Origin: Candidatus Bathyarchaeia archaeon
GTDB taxonomy: Archaea > Thermoproteota > Bathyarchaeia > Bathyarchaeales > Bathycorpusculaceae
DNA length: 19,467 nt
Direction: 5' to 3'
NCBI GenBank assembly: GCA_038883795.1
Contig: JAVZLK010000017.1
Location: 1 to 19,467, forward strand
This document shows, in pieces, positions 17,837 through 19,467 of the stretch. Position numbers and translations under genes: made by a program. Below the pieces are notes generated by a model. The model did no database searches. It worked only from the letters and a program-made list of their open reading frames with translations, and had not been told where the DNA came from. How positions within the stretch are numbered: the stretch's first letter is position 1; every line of letters begins with the position of its first letter.

Positions 17837-19366
17837 TCAACCAATAGGGACCCTACCCTCTATTATTTTCTTGTACGCTTTTGCGCTTTTTCGCATCTTT
17901 CGCTTTTTAGTTTTTAGGTCAACAGAAAACAAGCCGAACTTCATTTTGAAACCTTTAGCCCACTCATAATTGTCAGTTAAAGACCAGTGGAAATAGCCCC
18001 GAACATCAATTTTCTCATCCAGCGCCCTTTCAAGCATTTTTAAGTGGTCAGAAATGAATTTTGGTCGGAGCTCGTCTTTTTCGTCCGCTATTCCCTTCTC
18101 CGTCACATAAAGCGGGCACCCATATTTTTGCATCATTTTTAACGCTTCAAGCATGCCCTCTGGAAAGACTTCCCATCCAAGGTCTGATGTGGGCATACCG
18201 TCGGCTGATTTGCTGTTTGGTTGACATGCAAAACCATAATTCTGTGCTATGTCTGGAATGGCTGGAATTCCAGCGAAAACCTTTGCTAAAAGCGATTTTC
18301 TTCCCTTAATGACAAATCTTGTGTAATAGTTTATGCCAAGCCAGTCAAGACGCTGCCCCAAATAATTTTTAATTTCTCTCTTTTCTTTTATTCCATTGAA
18401 GTTTTCATCCAGCCAACCATGGGCAACGGCTTGGGGAAAGAAGTGATTATGCAGGTTATTCATAAATTTAGCCGCCTTCACATGAAGCGCATCTTTTTCA
18501 TCGAAAGGTTTTGCTGGTATCACGTTATGTATCAAACCCACATTCGCTGGGCTTGGGCTATCCCCGTCCGCTTTAACAGTATCAACCTTTTTTATGATAT
18601 CGTAGGCTCTGGCATAAGCAACAACCATGTTTTTAGCAGCCTTTTTGACAGCTTTGAAACTGCGTGTTCCAGGCGGAAAACCAGACTCTGGAATCATATA
18701 GCCAGCTTCGCACACAGCCATAGGCTCGTTGAAGATTGCCCAATTGTCCACAATGTCACCTAAATTCCATGCCACGTAAGCTGCATATTTGGCAAACTCG
18801 ATTATGTTTGGTTTGTCAAGCCATCCCCTTGCGCCCTTTTTTAGCTTGGTGTTGCGAACGGTTATAGGGTCATGAATCCACAAGGGAAGCGTAAAATGGT
18901 TTAAGCAAACAAAAACCTCGAAGCCTTTCTCCCTCAAGTCGCTTATCATAGCCCTATAATGGTTTAACGCTTCCTTATTCGACAACTTTTCAAGCTCTTC
19001 CAATGCCTTAGCATCAACATCCACCCTAGAAAAATTGCCATCAGAAGCATACTCAACGCCAACCTCAATCGCTTTTGTACTCTTTGGAAAGATTCTACTC
19101 CACTCAATCCCAACTCTATAAGCATTCAACCCTAGGCTCTTGGCTAACTCATGATCCTTCTCGTACAAGCTCCAGTAATCTACTCCATTTTCTGGCAAGT
19201 CACCGCTTACCAAGCCTTTCTCTATGTTTTGGGCATCATGCACCCAAACATACCAATCCGTATTAGGGTCTATATTTTTCCCAGCAGCATCCCCCATCTC
19301 AAATTGGAAACCGCTAATGGATACGCCCCAAAGAAACCTTTCTGGAAAGCCCATATCAATCCACAT
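17837..19366 (-). CDS. glycoside hydrolase family 1 beta-glycosidase/beta-galactosidase (archaeal type)
   Basis: FPERFLWGVSISGFQFEMG, RVGIEWSRIFP, LNHFTLPLWIHDP, NEP acid/base, GINYY, TEKG at the nucleophile position, WSLTDNYEWAKGF. ATG at 19354 is an alternative start. Confidence 0.95.
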   Translation of the reverse strand: MWIDMGFPERFLWGVSISGFQFEMGDAAGKNIDPNTDWYVWVHDAQNIEKGLVSGDLPENGVDYWSLYEKDHELAKSLGLNAYRVGIEWSRIFPKSTKAIEVGVEYASDGNFSRVDVDAKALEELEKLSNKEALNHYRAMISDLREKGFEVFVCLNHFTLPLWIHDPITVRNTKLKKGARGWLDKPNIIEFAKYAAYVAWNLGDIVDNWAIFNEPMAVCEAGYMIPESGFPPGTRSFKAVKKAAKNMVVAYARAYDIIKKVDTVKADGDSPSPANVGLIHNVIPAKPFDEKDALHVKAAKFMNNLHNHFFPQAVAHGWLDENFNGIKEKREIKNYLGQRLDWLGINYYTRFVIKGRKSLLAKVFAGIPAIPDIAQNYGFACQPNSKSADGMPTSDLGWEVFPEGMLEALKMMQKYGCPLYVTEKGIADEKDELRPKFISDHLKMLERALDEKIDVRGYFHWSLTDNYEWAKGFKMKFGLFSVDLKTKKRKMRKSAKAYKKIIEGRVPIG

Positions 19367-19386
19367 TGTTATAGATGGTTATACCA

Positions 19387-19394
19387 TATTTAAA
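19387..19394 (-). promoter_or_regulatory. TATA box for the GH1(-galT) transcript
   Basis: TTTAAATA on the minus strand ending 21 nt upstream of ATG 19366, consistent with a leaderless or short-leader mRNA. Confidence 0.6.
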
Positions 19395-19395
19395 A

Positions 19396-19467
19396 GGCGG
19401 TGGGTCACTGAGGTTCGACATCCAGAATCCGCCCAACCCCTCAAACCTACACTCGTACCCGCACCCC
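19396..19467 (-). ncRNA. probable 3' end of SRP (7S) RNA, truncated by window edge
   Basis: GC-rich non-coding segment reading GGGGTGCGGGTACGAG...ATGTCGAACCTCAGTGACCCACCGCC followed by TTTT. Resembles, from memory, the 3' strand of helix 5 and the terminal helices of archaeal SRP RNA. The diagnostic helix 8 is outside the window. Confidence 0.55.

Noticed and set aside
19396-19425. tRNA 3' half or att site (GGTTCGA / TCGAACCTCAGTGACCCACC)
   Set aside because: Spacing does not give a proper T-arm plus 7-bp acceptor strand, and no matching T-stem 5' arm or integrase is present. An SRP RNA 3' end fits better, although an intron-split tRNA cannot be fully excluded.

Overview
Archaeal chromosomal segment, most likely Bathyarchaeia (TACK), judged from the 16S 5' end, archaeal-type TIM, pyruvoyl arginine decarboxylase and Cdc6/Orc1. 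From the left it holds the 5' end, leader and promoter of a 16S rRNA gene (- strand, truncated), then a HAD hydrolase and a processive GT2 synthase. These diverge from a membrane-anchored wHTH regulator and a putative surface glycoprotein. Next come a 39-aa ORF missing from the ORF track, a small wHTH protein, a metallophosphoesterase and a GNAT. A long - strand run follows: cdc6/orc1, wHTH, uncharacterised coiled-coil protein, moaC, DUF1624 membrane protein, moaB, moaA. After that are pdaD, tpiA, a DUF89 phosphatase, a glycogen debranching enzyme, galT, a GH1 glycosidase and probably the 3' end of the SRP RNA. No mobile element or CRISPR array was seen. The two best leads are (1) the cdc6-wHTH-coiled-coil trio, whose last gene ends in a PIP-box-like motif, and (2) the GT2 / membrane regulator / surface protein cluster with paired TTCG-N8-MGAA boxes. 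All calls come from reading motifs by eye; no searches were run.
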